Shown: in pieces, positions 45,289 to 54,600 of the stretch
How positions within the stretch are numbered: the first letter of the stretch is position 1
How the letters are laid out: each line of letters begins with the position of its first letter
Source of the DNA: Acidimicrobiia bacterium
GTDB taxonomy: Bacteria; Actinomycetota; Acidimicrobiia; Spongiisociales; Spongiisociaceae
Direction of reading: 5' to 3'
DNA: 64,000 nucleotides
NCBI GenBank assembly: GCA_965231815.1
Contig: OZ246890.1
Location: forward strand, 2,577,388-2,641,387
Made by a program: the position numbers and the translations under genes
The notes under the pieces: generated by a model
Databases searched by the model: none
What the model was told of the DNA's origin: nothing
Seen by the model: the letters and a program-made list of their open reading frames with translations, nothing else

Positions 45289-47550
45289 ATGTCCAACCTT
45301 TATCGTATTACTAGCTACTCGCTGAAACTCCTGATGCATGAGGTGGAGTACGGCCGGATCGGATTGCCCGATATCCAGAGGCCATTCGTCTGGGGAACCG
45401 TCAAGGTACGAAACCTTCTCGACTCGATGTATCGGGGTTATCCGGTCGGAACGTTGCTCTTCTGGGATACGGGCGCCGATCCGAGCCTGCGCCAGATCGA
45501 CAGTTCCTCCGGTTCAGTAGCGAAACTAGCAATCGTTGACGGGCAGCAGCGCTTGACATCGCTCTATGCAGTACTTAAAGGTAAACCAGTGATCACTAAG
45601 CGATTCAAAAAGGAATACATACGTATAGCCTTCAATCCCGTTCAGGAACGATTTGAAGTTTCGAACGCGGCCATACGCAAGGATCCCGGTTTCATCCCTG
45701 ACATTTCCACCATATGGGACAGCCACCGCCAGACCGTCCGCGATTTCTTCAACCGACTCGAGGCGAGCGGATCAGAGGACTTGACAAGGGAATTGAAGGA
45801 CCTATACGAAGATCGGATCGACAGGGTACGCGACTTGCGCGGGTTCTTGTTCCACACCGTGGAGATCAACGAATATGTAGAAGCCGACGAAGTGGCCGAT
45901 ATCTTCGTTCGTACCAACTCGCAGGGCGTCACCCTCAGTCAGGCGAACTTCATCCTTACCCTGATGTCGGTGTACTGGGACAAGGGTCGGCGCCAACTCG
46001 AAGAGTTCTGCCGCACGGCCAAGGAGCCGGACCGGCGGCGGCCGTCACCGAAGAACCCGTTCATCGATCCCTCTCCCGACCAGATGTTGCGGGTGTCGGT
46101 GGGACTGGCCTTCCGTCGCGGTCGGTTGTCCAGCGTCTACAACATCCTCCGCGGCAAGGATCTGGACACAGCAGATGTATCAGCCGAGCGTAGGGTCGAG
46201 CAGTTCGATGTCCTGAAACTAGCTCAGGACGAGGTGGTAGACCTGGTCAACTGGCATTCATTCCTCAAGTGTCTGAAACTGGCCGGATTCCGGAGTAGCC
46301 GCATGGTCACGTCCGACACGACGCTGCTCTACACGTACATCCTCTGGCTCATCGGCCACCGAGACACCGACCTCGATCCCGTATCCCTGCAAGACATCAT
46401 CGCTCGTTGGTTTTTCATGGCTCACACCACCTCGCGTTATTCGAGTTCCCCGGAGACGAGCCTCGAAGCCGACCTGGCGCGCATCTCGAGAGTGGGTTCC
46501 GATGGCCGGTCATTCAAGGAGGAACTCGACCGCATGATCAACGTCGAGTTCACTGCGGACTACTGGGACATCACCTTGCCCAACCTGCTCGACACTTCGG
46601 CAGCCAAGTCCCCGGTCCTGTCCGCCTATTGGGCAGCCCAGGTACTACTCGATGTCGAGACCCTACTGGGCAGGCGCCGAATCCGGGATCTCATCGACGA
46701 CAACGCGACCTCTCCGAGGTCCCTCCCGCGGCACCATCTGTTCCCCAAGGCCTATCTGGCGACACTCGGTAAGACCAGCACGAGGAACATCAACGCAATC
46801 GCCAACATGGCGTTCGTTCACTGGCCGGCAAATACGTCGGTCGGGAGGAAGGGTCCGGCGGATTTCTGGCCGAGCGTGGCTAAACACACACCAAAGGAGC
46901 GGTTAACACATCAGGCGCGACACCACGCCCTTCCCATTGGATGGGAGCAACTCGACTACCCGGATTTCTTGCATAGGCGGAGGAAGCTGATCGCTCGGGT
47001 CACGAGGGAGGGATTCAGCTTGATTGGACAGGAGCATGAGTCGATTTCCCGCTCCCTTCAGGAATTGTTGGAGGCGGGAGAGTCGCAAGTGCTCGAGTAC
47101 AAGTCCACCGCCCGGTTCAACCTACGGGCACAGATGGCGGACAAGAAGATGGAAAGGGTCATCGTGAAGACCGTTTGCGGCTTCCTCAACGTCAACGGAG
47201 GTACCCTTCTGATCGGTGTAGACGATACCGGGCAGGTGCTCGGTCTCGACATGGACTTCACCACGTTTGCGAAGCACAAGAGAAACGCCGATAGCTACGA
47301 ACTGTGGCTTCGTGAGCGCCTCGATGCCGACCTCTCGATTTCCACAGCCATAGTGGTTGATATCGGATTCGAGGAAACTTCGGTTGGCGCCGTTTGTGTA
47401 GTGACGGTCAATCCCTCCGGGAAACCGGTGTTCGCTCGTGGAGAGGGGACCGGCTCCCGGCACAGTGACTTCTGGGTGAGGATCGGCAACGCCACCAAAC
47501 AGCTCTACGGTTATGACCAGGTTGAGTACATACAAGACCACTGGGGTTAG
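45289..47550 (+). CDS. GmrSD-family type IV (modification-dependent) restriction-like protein: DUF262 (ParB/Srx-like NTPase) + DUF1524 (His-Me finger) + C-terminal AlbA_2/Schlafen-like domain
   Basis: DIQRPFVW…DGQQRLTSL (DUF262), SLPRHHLFPKAY…NxxN (DUF1524), C-terminal VLEYKST…LNVNGGTLLIGVDDTGQVLGL (AlbA_2-like); 5' portion noticeably AT-richer than surroundings. Confidence 0.75.
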   Translation: MSNLYRITSYSLKLLMHEVEYGRIGLPDIQRPFVWGTVKVRNLLDSMYRGYPVGTLLFWDTGADPSLRQIDSSSGSVAKLAIVDGQQRLTSLYAVLKGKPVITKRFKKEYIRIAFNPVQERFEVSNAAIRKDPGFIPDISTIWDSHRQTVRDFFNRLEASGSEDLTRELKDLYEDRIDRVRDLRGFLFHTVEINEYVEADEVADIFVRTNSQGVTLSQANFILTLMSVYWDKGRRQLEEFCRTAKEPDRRRPSPKNPFIDPSPDQMLRVSVGLAFRRGRLSSVYNILRGKDLDTADVSAERRVEQFDVLKLAQDEVVDLVNWHSFLKCLKLAGFRSSRMVTSDTTLLYTYILWLIGHRDTDLDPVSLQDIIARWFFMAHTTSRYSSSPETSLEADLARISRVGSDGRSFKEELDRMINVEFTADYWDITLPNLLDTSAAKSPVLSAYWAAQVLLDVETLLGRRRIRDLIDDNATSPRSLPRHHLFPKAYLATLGKTSTRNINAIANMAFVHWPANTSVGRKGPADFWPSVAKHTPKERLTHQARHHALPIGWEQLDYPDFLHRRRKLIARVTREGFSLIGQEHESISRSLQELLEAGESQVLEYKSTARFNLRAQMADKKMERVIVKTVCGFLNVNGGTLLIGVDDTGQVLGLDMDFTTFAKHKRNADSYELWLRERLDADLSISTAIVVDIGFEETSVGAVCVVTVNPSGKPVFARGEGTGSRHSDFWVRIGNATKQLYGYDQVEYIQDHWG

Positions 47551-47630
47551 TGGAATTGACATCACAGGTCCGCCGTTTAGTCCGGGAAGGGAAGCTACGT
47601 GTCGACATCTAAACGCAGCGAGAAGGCCAC

Positions 47631-49070
47631 ATGAACAGTAGACCGCTTCGCGTCGGCTACGTCGGGGTTGCGTTCGAAAGTTACTATGCCGACGAGCATG
47701 ACCAGTACGGGCGGGCTATCGGTGGTCTGCGTCGGCTATCCGACGAGATGGGCTTCGATCTGTTGGCCGTTGACTCGGGGGTCGGTGACCTGCAATCGGC
47801 ACACGACGCAGCCGCCTATCTGGAATCCGAACGTATCGACTTTCTCATGCTCCAGGCAGCTGCTTGCGCATCAGGAGAACTTCTCGAGCCGCTGGCAAGG
47901 GTTGCGCCTCGCCTGGGATTGTGGGCAACCCCCGAACCGCGCCTTGAAGGATCGATACAGCTTCACTCGCTGGTCTCCATCAACCATTACGCCTCCATCA
48001 TCCGTCGCTACCTGAGAGAACGGGGCACACCGTTCAAATGGTTCTACGGCCACATCGATGAGCCCGACACCAACCGGCGCATGCGGGTGACCATACGAGC
48101 CCTGCAAGGAATCAAGACCATGGCATCCGCCCGGATCGGTTGGATCGGCGGTATATCTCCGGGGTTCTACAACATGCAGTTCGAGGAGACCAACCTAGCG
48201 ACACGCTTCGGTACCACGGTCGGCCACCACACCATTGCCGAGGTGGTAGCGCTGGCACGAGACATGGATGAGCGGGAAACCCTGGGGGTGGTGCGACACG
48301 CCACCAGCATCGCAACCGAGGTCACCGCTCCAAACCTCGGAATGGATCGCAACGCTCGCATATACCTCGCATTGAATCGGATGATCGAGTCGGAAGGTTA
48401 TGACGCTCTGGCTGTGCAGTGTTGGCCGAGCTTCCAGGACGATTTCGACGTGGCCCCCTGCATGGCCTACAGCTTGCTGGGATCGGAGGATGGAGTGGCC
48501 GTCTCATGTGAGGGAGATGTACCCGGAGCGGTGTCGATGCTGCTTATGAATGCCATGTCTCCACTCCACGGGTCGGCCACGCTGCTCGACCTGACCACGG
48601 TGGATTTCGAAGCCGATGCCGCCCTTTTGTGGCATTGCGGTGTGTCCCCACGGCACTTCGGAGGTGACAACGGCATCCGCTGGGTTGATCACGTAACCCT
48701 CGGACGCAAGTCCGACGTGCGGTACGGGGTGTCCGGCGACCTGCGCTTCGCTCCCCAGCAGACCACCATCGCGTATGCGGGAGATGAGTTCAGCGAGATG
48801 TTCATCGCCACCGCCGAAGTCGTTGAAACGGGTAAGGCCGGATTCGACGGTACTCGTGGATGGTTCTCCCGATTCAAACTCAACGGTGAGCCGATCGATT
48901 TGATCGACCTGGTCAACACCTCGGTCGTGCAGGGACACGAACATCACTTCGCGGTTGCCCAGGGAGACCTGTCGGCGGAGCTGGCCGAAGTAGCGGCGTG
49001 GCTCGGCATGCGGACCACCCGCCCGACTCCGATGCGTGATTACCTTCAGGTCGACGGCCTGAACGCGTAG
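47631..49070 (+). CDS. L-fucose/L-arabinose isomerase-family protein
   Basis: 479 aa; overall architecture and C-terminal barrel region resembling FucI/AraA-family sugar isomerases (family-level call only). Confidence 0.6.
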   Translation: MNSRPLRVGYVGVAFESYYADEHDQYGRAIGGLRRLSDEMGFDLLAVDSGVGDLQSAHDAAAYLESERIDFLMLQAAACASGELLEPLARVAPRLGLWATPEPRLEGSIQLHSLVSINHYASIIRRYLRERGTPFKWFYGHIDEPDTNRRMRVTIRALQGIKTMASARIGWIGGISPGFYNMQFEETNLATRFGTTVGHHTIAEVVALARDMDERETLGVVRHATSIATEVTAPNLGMDRNARIYLALNRMIESEGYDALAVQCWPSFQDDFDVAPCMAYSLLGSEDGVAVSCEGDVPGAVSMLLMNAMSPLHGSATLLDLTTVDFEADAALLWHCGVSPRHFGGDNGIRWVDHVTLGRKSDVRYGVSGDLRFAPQQTTIAYAGDEFSEMFIATAEVVETGKAGFDGTRGWFSRFKLNGEPIDLIDLVNTSVVQGHEHHFAVAQGDLSAELAEVAAWLGMRTTRPTPMRDYLQVDGLNA

Positions 49071-49100
49071 TCCGGATACATATCCTCCTGTACTAGTCTT

Positions 49101-49379
49101 GTGACTATGGTCGAGATAGCGATTCACACCCTGGCGAGTGATGCCGCATCTGTGGTTGCCATGGCTGAAGCGGGTGAACCGGTGACGATTACCGATGGTG
49201 GGCGTCCGGTCGCCCGACTGTCGCCGTACACGCCGAGCCCAATTGAAGCGATGGTAGCTGTGGGCCGGGCTCGGCCTGCGCTTCGCAGTCTGGAGGGCCC
49301 CGAGCCGGCGCCAAGGCGACTCGGGCAGCCGGTCTTGTCGGAGGAACTGTCAGAGCTACGTAGTACGGAACGCTATTGA
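49101..49379 (+). CDS. Phd/YefM-family type II antitoxin (no toxin gene adjacent)
   Basis: 92 aa; …AEAGEPVTITDGGRPVARLSPY… matches the Phd/YefM core; followed by a 90-nt AT-rich spacer rather than a toxin ORF. Confidence 0.6.
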   Translation: MTMVEIAIHTLASDAASVVAMAEAGEPVTITDGGRPVARLSPYTPSPIEAMVAVGRARPALRSLEGPEPAPRRLGQPVLSEELSELRSTERY

Positions 49380-49468
49380 TCCTCCCTTATTTCGTAACTC
49401 ATCGTTATTCTTTGTAATAGCCCTCGTCGGATAGCTAACAACAAGTTCAAGGGCGAGAGGGCGATAGC

Positions 49469-50377
49469 GTGACAACACCTTCCACGATCCCGTCGAGAGC
49501 GCGCTTTCAACGTCTCGAACGGGTAGCGACCGATTCCGGCCACTTCGCGGTGCTTGCCATCGACCATGTCCGTTCTTTTGCTACGACCGTGCGGCCCGAC
49601 GATCCCGATTCCCTCACCATGAGTGACATCCAAGCATCCAAGCTGCGGCTGGTCAGGGCGCTGGCGCCCCACGCCGGGGCGGTGCTGGTCGATCCCGGGT
49701 TCCTGACCGCCCTGGATATCTCCAGACGGGAAGTTCTAGGCGGTGCAGGTGTGATACTCGGCATCGAGGACGGTGACTACGAAGATGTGATGACCGCTCC
49801 GCGCCTCCTTCCCGGTTGGGATGTGGAGCGGGCGGCGCGGTTGGATGTCGACGCGGTCAAGATATCGGTCTACTTCGATCCGGATGGCGACACAACTACC
49901 CCCCTACGCTTTGTTACGGACGTGGTGGAACAATGCGAAAGGGTAGGGATGCCGCTCATCTGCGAGCCCCTGGCCCTCTACGGGCGGCCCGAGGACCGAC
50001 GGCAGGCGGTCCTGGAAGGTGTGAAGCTCTTCGGACCTCTCGGGGTGGATGTTCTCAAGCTTCAGTTTCCCTATCCGGTCGACCCAGCGGCAAGCGGTCG
50101 GGAATGGGCGGAATCCTGCCGGGAGATCGACCGGCTGAGTCCGGTTCCGTGGACCATCCTGACTGAAGGAAGCAACTACCACCTCTTCCGTGATCAGTTG
50201 CGCACCGCGTGCGGCGCCGGCGCCTCGGGGTTCGTGGCGGGACGGGCCGTCTGGCGGGAAGCCGCTACCGGGGAGAGCGAACTCTCGAGCGCCACGGATC
50301 GGCTCGACGAGCTACGCGACATAGCCGTTACCCATGGACGGTCCTGGTCGGTCCCTCAGCCCCGGAATCACCGCTGA
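49469..50377 (+). CDS. class I aldolase of the LacD/YihT family (tagatose-bisphosphate / sulfofructose-phosphate aldolase-like)
   Basis: GHFAVLAIDH (cf. LacD/YihT …AMLAIDQR…), Schiff-base region DAVKISVYF; GTG start. Confidence 0.7.
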   Translation: MTTPSTIPSRARFQRLERVATDSGHFAVLAIDHVRSFATTVRPDDPDSLTMSDIQASKLRLVRALAPHAGAVLVDPGFLTALDISRREVLGGAGVILGIEDGDYEDVMTAPRLLPGWDVERAARLDVDAVKISVYFDPDGDTTTPLRFVTDVVEQCERVGMPLICEPLALYGRPEDRRQAVLEGVKLFGPLGVDVLKLQFPYPVDPAASGREWAESCREIDRLSPVPWTILTEGSNYHLFRDQLRTACGAGASGFVAGRAVWREAATGESELSSATDRLDELRDIAVTHGRSWSVPQPRNHR

Positions 50378-50380
50378 GGT

Positions 50381-52258
50381 ATGCGCCTCTACCAAGACCT
50401 TGCCCATCTCTGGCCCATAGTCAGCCCGCCCGAGGACTACGCAGAAGAAGCCCACTACTGGCGAAGATCCATCCGCAACCGGCTAGGGCCGGGTAGGCAT
50501 CGGATACTTGAGTTGGGAGCGGGCGGAGGTCACAACCTATCCCACCTGACGTCCGACTTCGAAGCCACCGCGGTCGACCTATCTCCCCACATGATCGAAC
50601 ACTCTCGGCGCCTGAACCCCGGAGTCGAGCATCACGTCGGTGACATGCGTACGGTGCGCCTCGACCGGACATTTGACGCGGTCTTGGTTCACGACGCAAT
50701 CTCATACATGCTGACCGAGGACGACCTGCGCGCTACTTTCGCTACCGCTCGCGCTCACCTACGATTGGACGGCTTGCTCCTTATATCTCCTGATCTGGTT
50801 GCGGAGAACTTCGAGGAAGGCAAGATTATCCGCTGGCCGATCCGCCCGCCTGCCGATCTCGACGGTATCGAAGTATCGGTCGTGGAACGCTTGGCAGACC
50901 CCGATCCTGCCGACACGATGATCGAGTCCCGAATCACCTACACGATTGTCGAAAATGGGACATCGCAAATCGAGAAGGACCTGCATGTTTGTGGATTGTT
51001 CCCGGTCGCTACCTGGGTCGGGCTGATGGAGGAAGCGGGTTTCACGACGGAGGTTCTCCCACTACCCGGCGATGGGGATGGATGCGGGGAGCGTCTGTTC
51101 TCGGGTGTCCTCGGCGGGAAAGGTCCTACCGACGCCAAAGAAAATAACAGGAGTATATCTGCCATGAACCCGACTACACGACCAACGGTGCTCGCACGAC
51201 TCTCCTGGAAGTTGAGCAGCCAACCCGAAACTGTCGCTACCGAGGCCTTGGGTCACATATTTGCGGAGTCAGCCGAGGCTCGGACCGCTTTGAGGAGCTT
51301 CGTCCTATCTCACGGCGTAGATACCGGTTCGATAGCAGGTGTAAAAACCGAGGTTACCGGGGATAAGGGTGACATACCTGATCTGGCCTGCTGGGACCAC
51401 GACGGTGGGGAACGGCTGCTGATCGAGAACAAGTTCTGGGCGGGCCTTACAAGCAACCAGCCGGTCACATATCTTGAGCGACTACCTCAGGAGCTTCCTT
51501 CAGCACTCCTGGTGGTGGCGCCGTCTAAGCGGATCGAAACGCTTTGGCCAGAACTCAAGCGGAGAGCGCGTAAGAACTTCGATCTTGATGAGGAGCGAGT
51601 CCTGCCGGAAGTGTGCAAAGTCGCGGTTCGATCCAGGGGGACGACACCGGGTAGCGGTAATCGCAAGCTCATGTTGGCCTCATGGAGAGTATTGCTGGGG
51701 ACGTTGGAATCCCAAGCCAACGGCGTCGGCGACCAGCAGGCCGTGAACGATATCCGCCAATTATCGGGACTGGCTGAATTGCAGGACTCGGAAGCCTTCC
51801 TGCCGTTAAGTCCGGACCAACTCGGCCCGGAATCCGCCCGGCTGATTCTGAACCTAGAGAGACTAGTGAATGACGTCCGCAAAAGGATCGTCAAGAGACG
51901 TTGGGCAGACGACAAAGGCTTAGCCTTCGGGAGAGTGGGAGGCTATAGGCGTTACGTACGCCTGGGCGGCTGCTCCACCTGGTTCGGAGTTCACTACCCG
52001 TCTTGGGCGAAACTCGAACGGACACCTCTCTGGGTCGGATTCCAGAATCCGGCACTGAAGCGGGGCATGCCTCGAAAGCTTGAACGTCGATGGGGGGAGG
52101 ATGCGCCCCATTCACTATCAACTGCGGATGTAATACCGATCGATCTACCTACCCGATGCGAATACGCCGAGGTCCGTGACAGCGTGGTTGATCAACTCCG
52201 GCGGCTCGCCAACCTGTTTGAGGCGATCTACACGGCTGAAGCCCGCAAAGGAAGCTGA
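50381..52258 (+). CDS. fusion protein: N-terminal class I SAM-dependent methyltransferase (TylM1/DesVI-like small-molecule MTase fold) + C-terminal ~370-aa region with a PD-(D/E)xK nuclease-like motif
   Basis: ILELGAGGGHNL motif I, acidic motif II (VDLS), DAVLVHDAISYM; C-terminal part has DIPDLACWDHDGGERLLIENKFWAG (PD…ExK); internal AGGAG-N10-ATG at 51147-51166 in frame. Confidence 0.65.
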   Translation: MRLYQDLAHLWPIVSPPEDYAEEAHYWRRSIRNRLGPGRHRILELGAGGGHNLSHLTSDFEATAVDLSPHMIEHSRRLNPGVEHHVGDMRTVRLDRTFDAVLVHDAISYMLTEDDLRATFATARAHLRLDGLLLISPDLVAENFEEGKIIRWPIRPPADLDGIEVSVVERLADPDPADTMIESRITYTIVENGTSQIEKDLHVCGLFPVATWVGLMEEAGFTTEVLPLPGDGDGCGERLFSGVLGGKGPTDAKENNRSISAMNPTTRPTVLARLSWKLSSQPETVATEALGHIFAESAEARTALRSFVLSHGVDTGSIAGVKTEVTGDKGDIPDLACWDHDGGERLLIENKFWAGLTSNQPVTYLERLPQELPSALLVVAPSKRIETLWPELKRRARKNFDLDEERVLPEVCKVAVRSRGTTPGSGNRKLMLASWRVLLGTLESQANGVGDQQAVNDIRQLSGLAELQDSEAFLPLSPDQLGPESARLILNLERLVNDVRKRIVKRRWADDKGLAFGRVGGYRRYVRLGGCSTWFGVHYPSWAKLERTPLWVGFQNPALKRGMPRKLERRWGEDAPHSLSTADVIPIDLPTRCEYAEVRDSVVDQLRRLANLFEAIYTAEARKGS

Positions 52259-52410
52259 CAAGTGGCCCTCTGAACTACACAGTCGGAGTCCGTCAAGCTT
52301 CCTCTTCCGACAAGAACATGCACAAGACGCGGGCGGTTGGCGAGCGATTCCGGCAGTCGTGTAGATTGGTACCGAACCCACGGGGTTACTTGGACGACAT
52401 GGACGGTGTC

Positions 52411-53547
52411 CGGATGACAGAGTTTCCACGAATCAGCGACTCCCGTCGGATGGAGATGTTCGCAGATCATCCCGGTCCGGTCCGGGTGCTGATCGACACC
52501 GATACCGCCAACGAGATCGACGACCAGTTTGCGCTCGCTTGGGCTTTGCTGTCCCCCGAGCGTCTCGATATCGAGGCCATCGTTGCCGGACCCTACGGCC
52601 ACCTACACATGCGGGAACCCCTCATCGCGGCGGTAAACGCCCGGAACGATTCCTCGGGCGCCTTGCCCATAGACGACCGATTCGACAACTGGGCGAAGCA
52701 TCTGGTGGAGCAGGGGATCGATCCGGCCACCATGAAGTTGGTGGGCCCCGCAGAGGGTATGGAAGAGTCCTACAACGAGATTCTGACCGTGCTCGACAAG
52801 TTAGGTATCCGGTCGGATGGGTTGGTGTTCCGAGGCTCGGATCGCTACATGCCCGAGGCCGAGGTTCCGGTAGAAAGCGAAGGCGCTCACCGGATCATCG
52901 AAGCGGCCCTGGCCGACAACGATAGGGTCCTGTTCGTGGTCGCGATCGGGGCGGTCACCAACATTTCCTCGGCACTTCTAATGGCGCCCGAGATCGCTTC
53001 CCGGATGGTGGTGACCTGGACGTCCGGTTACCCCAGTTGGGTGAACCTATCCAACCATTCGTCACTCAACCTGGTGCAGGACCAGCACGCCTCCCGGCTG
53101 TTGTATTCCTCGGGTGTTCCGCTTGTCTACCTACCCGGGTTCCATATCGGAGCGCAACTACGCATCTCCCTCCCCGAAATGCAAACGTGGTTCGCGGGCA
53201 GGGGTGCGATCGGTGACTACCTCCTCCACCTATACAAGGAGAATCCGATCTGGCTCCAGAGGGGTGTGAAGCCCTTCTCCGGGCAGTCCTGGATTATCTG
53301 GGACTTGATAAACGTGGCCTGGCTACTCGACCGAGAGTGGGTCCCCACAATCACCACCACCACCCCTCACCTAGACGATGATCTGTACTGGCGCCCCGAT
53401 CCTGACGGACCTGTGATGCTCGAAGCGGTCAGCATCGACCGTGACGCCGTATTCCACGACTTGATCGTCAAGCTGGAGAACCAGGAAGTGATCCTTGCGG
53501 GCCGGAGCGAGGCCGGCCATGCTCCGCCGGAGGCAGCAACAGGATGA
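52411..53547 (+). CDS. nucleoside hydrolase-family protein (IU-NH-like)
   Basis: VLIDTDTANEIDDQFALAWAL matches the DxDxxxDD aspartate cluster of inosine-uridine nucleoside hydrolases; start codon uncertain (52411 or 52453). Confidence 0.7.
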   Translation, partial: RMTEFPRISDSRRMEMFADHPGPVRVLIDTDTANEIDDQFALAWALLSPERLDIEAIVAGPYGHLHMREPLIAAVNARNDSSGALPIDDRFDNWAKHLVEQGIDPATMKLVGPAEGMEESYNEILTVLDKLGIRSDGLVFRGSDRYMPEAEVPVESEGAHRIIEAALADNDRVLFVVAIGAVTNISSALLMAPEIASRMVVTWTSGYPSWVNLSNHSSLNLVQDQHASRLLYSSGVPLVYLPGFHIGAQLRISLPEMQTWFAGRGAIGDYLLHLYKENPIWLQRGVKPFSGQSWIIWDLINVAWLLDREWVPTITTTTPHLDDDLYWRPDPDGPVMLEAVSIDRDAVFHDLIVKLENQEVILAGRSEAGHAPPEAATG

Positions 53548-54590
53548 AGGCGGCGGTGCTGCTCCCCGAGGGTGGCCTCGAAATCGAAGACCGGCCAACA
53601 CCTTCCCCTGGTCCGGATGAGATCCTGGTCGCCCCCGGTTTCGTGGGTATCTGCGGATCCGACCTCCACTACTACAAGGATGGCCGTATCGGCGACTGGC
53701 GGATCCGGCGACCTCACGTACTGGGACATGAGTTCTCCGGAATAGTGGCGGCGCGAGGATCAAACGTCCACGAAGTGGAGGTGGGAGATCGGATAGCGGT
53801 CGAACCCATAATCCCCTGCGGGATGTGCGATGCGTGTAGCCGGAATATCTACAACGTGTGCCCTGCAATTCGGTTCACCGGATCACCGCACACCGACGGC
53901 GCTCTCCAGGAGCTGGTGGCGGTACGATCCGGGAGCGCACATCGGCTGCCTTCCGGTATGTCCATGGAACTGGGGGCGTTGGTAGAGCCCACCTCTATAG
54001 CGGTCCACGCGGTGCGGCGCAGCGGTCTCCGGCCAGGGGAGTCGGTGATGATCGTCGGGGCCGGCCCGATCGGCCTCCTGATACTGGCCGTCGCCCGCGC
54101 CTACGGCGCCGGGAGCGTCTACTGCACCGACCTGAACCAAGGCCGCCTAGACCTTGCTGGTCGCCTCGGCGCTACCGGCGCTCTCAACGTGGGCGGGTTG
54201 GGCGCTGAAGAGATCCTGGAACGCACCAATCCATCGGGCTTCGACGTCACGTTCGAAGCGGTGGGAACCTCCGGAACCCTCGAGACCGCCATGCGGATGG
54301 TACGGCCGGGTGGAAGAGTGGTGGCGGTGGGGGTCCACATCTCGGAACGTATTCAGTTCAACATGATGCTGGCTCAATCAAAGGAATCGACCGTCATACC
54401 CGTCTATCTGGGTCGCGACGCCTTCCCGGAAGCGATCGAACTGCTCGGGTCGGGGCGTATCGAAGGTGACCTGTTGATCAGCCACCGTTTCCCGCTTGCG
54501 GGGACCGCCGAAGGAATGGAAACCTCCCTCAACACCAACACCAACACCGGCGCCGTCAAGGTCATGATTGAAGTCGGTTCGCCCAGATGA
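53544..54590 (+). CDS. zinc-dependent alcohol/polyol dehydrogenase (MDR family, sorbitol dehydrogenase-like)
   Basis: GICGSDLHYY, GHEFSGIV, CGMCDACSRN structural zinc site, GAGPIGL Rossmann; ATGA overlap with the upstream gene. Confidence 0.85.
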   Translation: MKAAVLLPEGGLEIEDRPTPSPGPDEILVAPGFVGICGSDLHYYKDGRIGDWRIRRPHVLGHEFSGIVAARGSNVHEVEVGDRIAVEPIIPCGMCDACSRNIYNVCPAIRFTGSPHTDGALQELVAVRSGSAHRLPSGMSMELGALVEPTSIAVHAVRRSGLRPGESVMIVGAGPIGLLILAVARAYGAGSVYCTDLNQGRLDLAGRLGATGALNVGGLGAEEILERTNPSGFDVTFEAVGTSGTLETAMRMVRPGGRVVAVGVHISERIQFNMMLAQSKESTVIPVYLGRDAFPEAIELLGSGRIEGDLLISHRFPLAGTAEGMETSLNTNTNTGAVKVMIEVGSPR

Positions 54591-54600
54591 ACGGATACTG

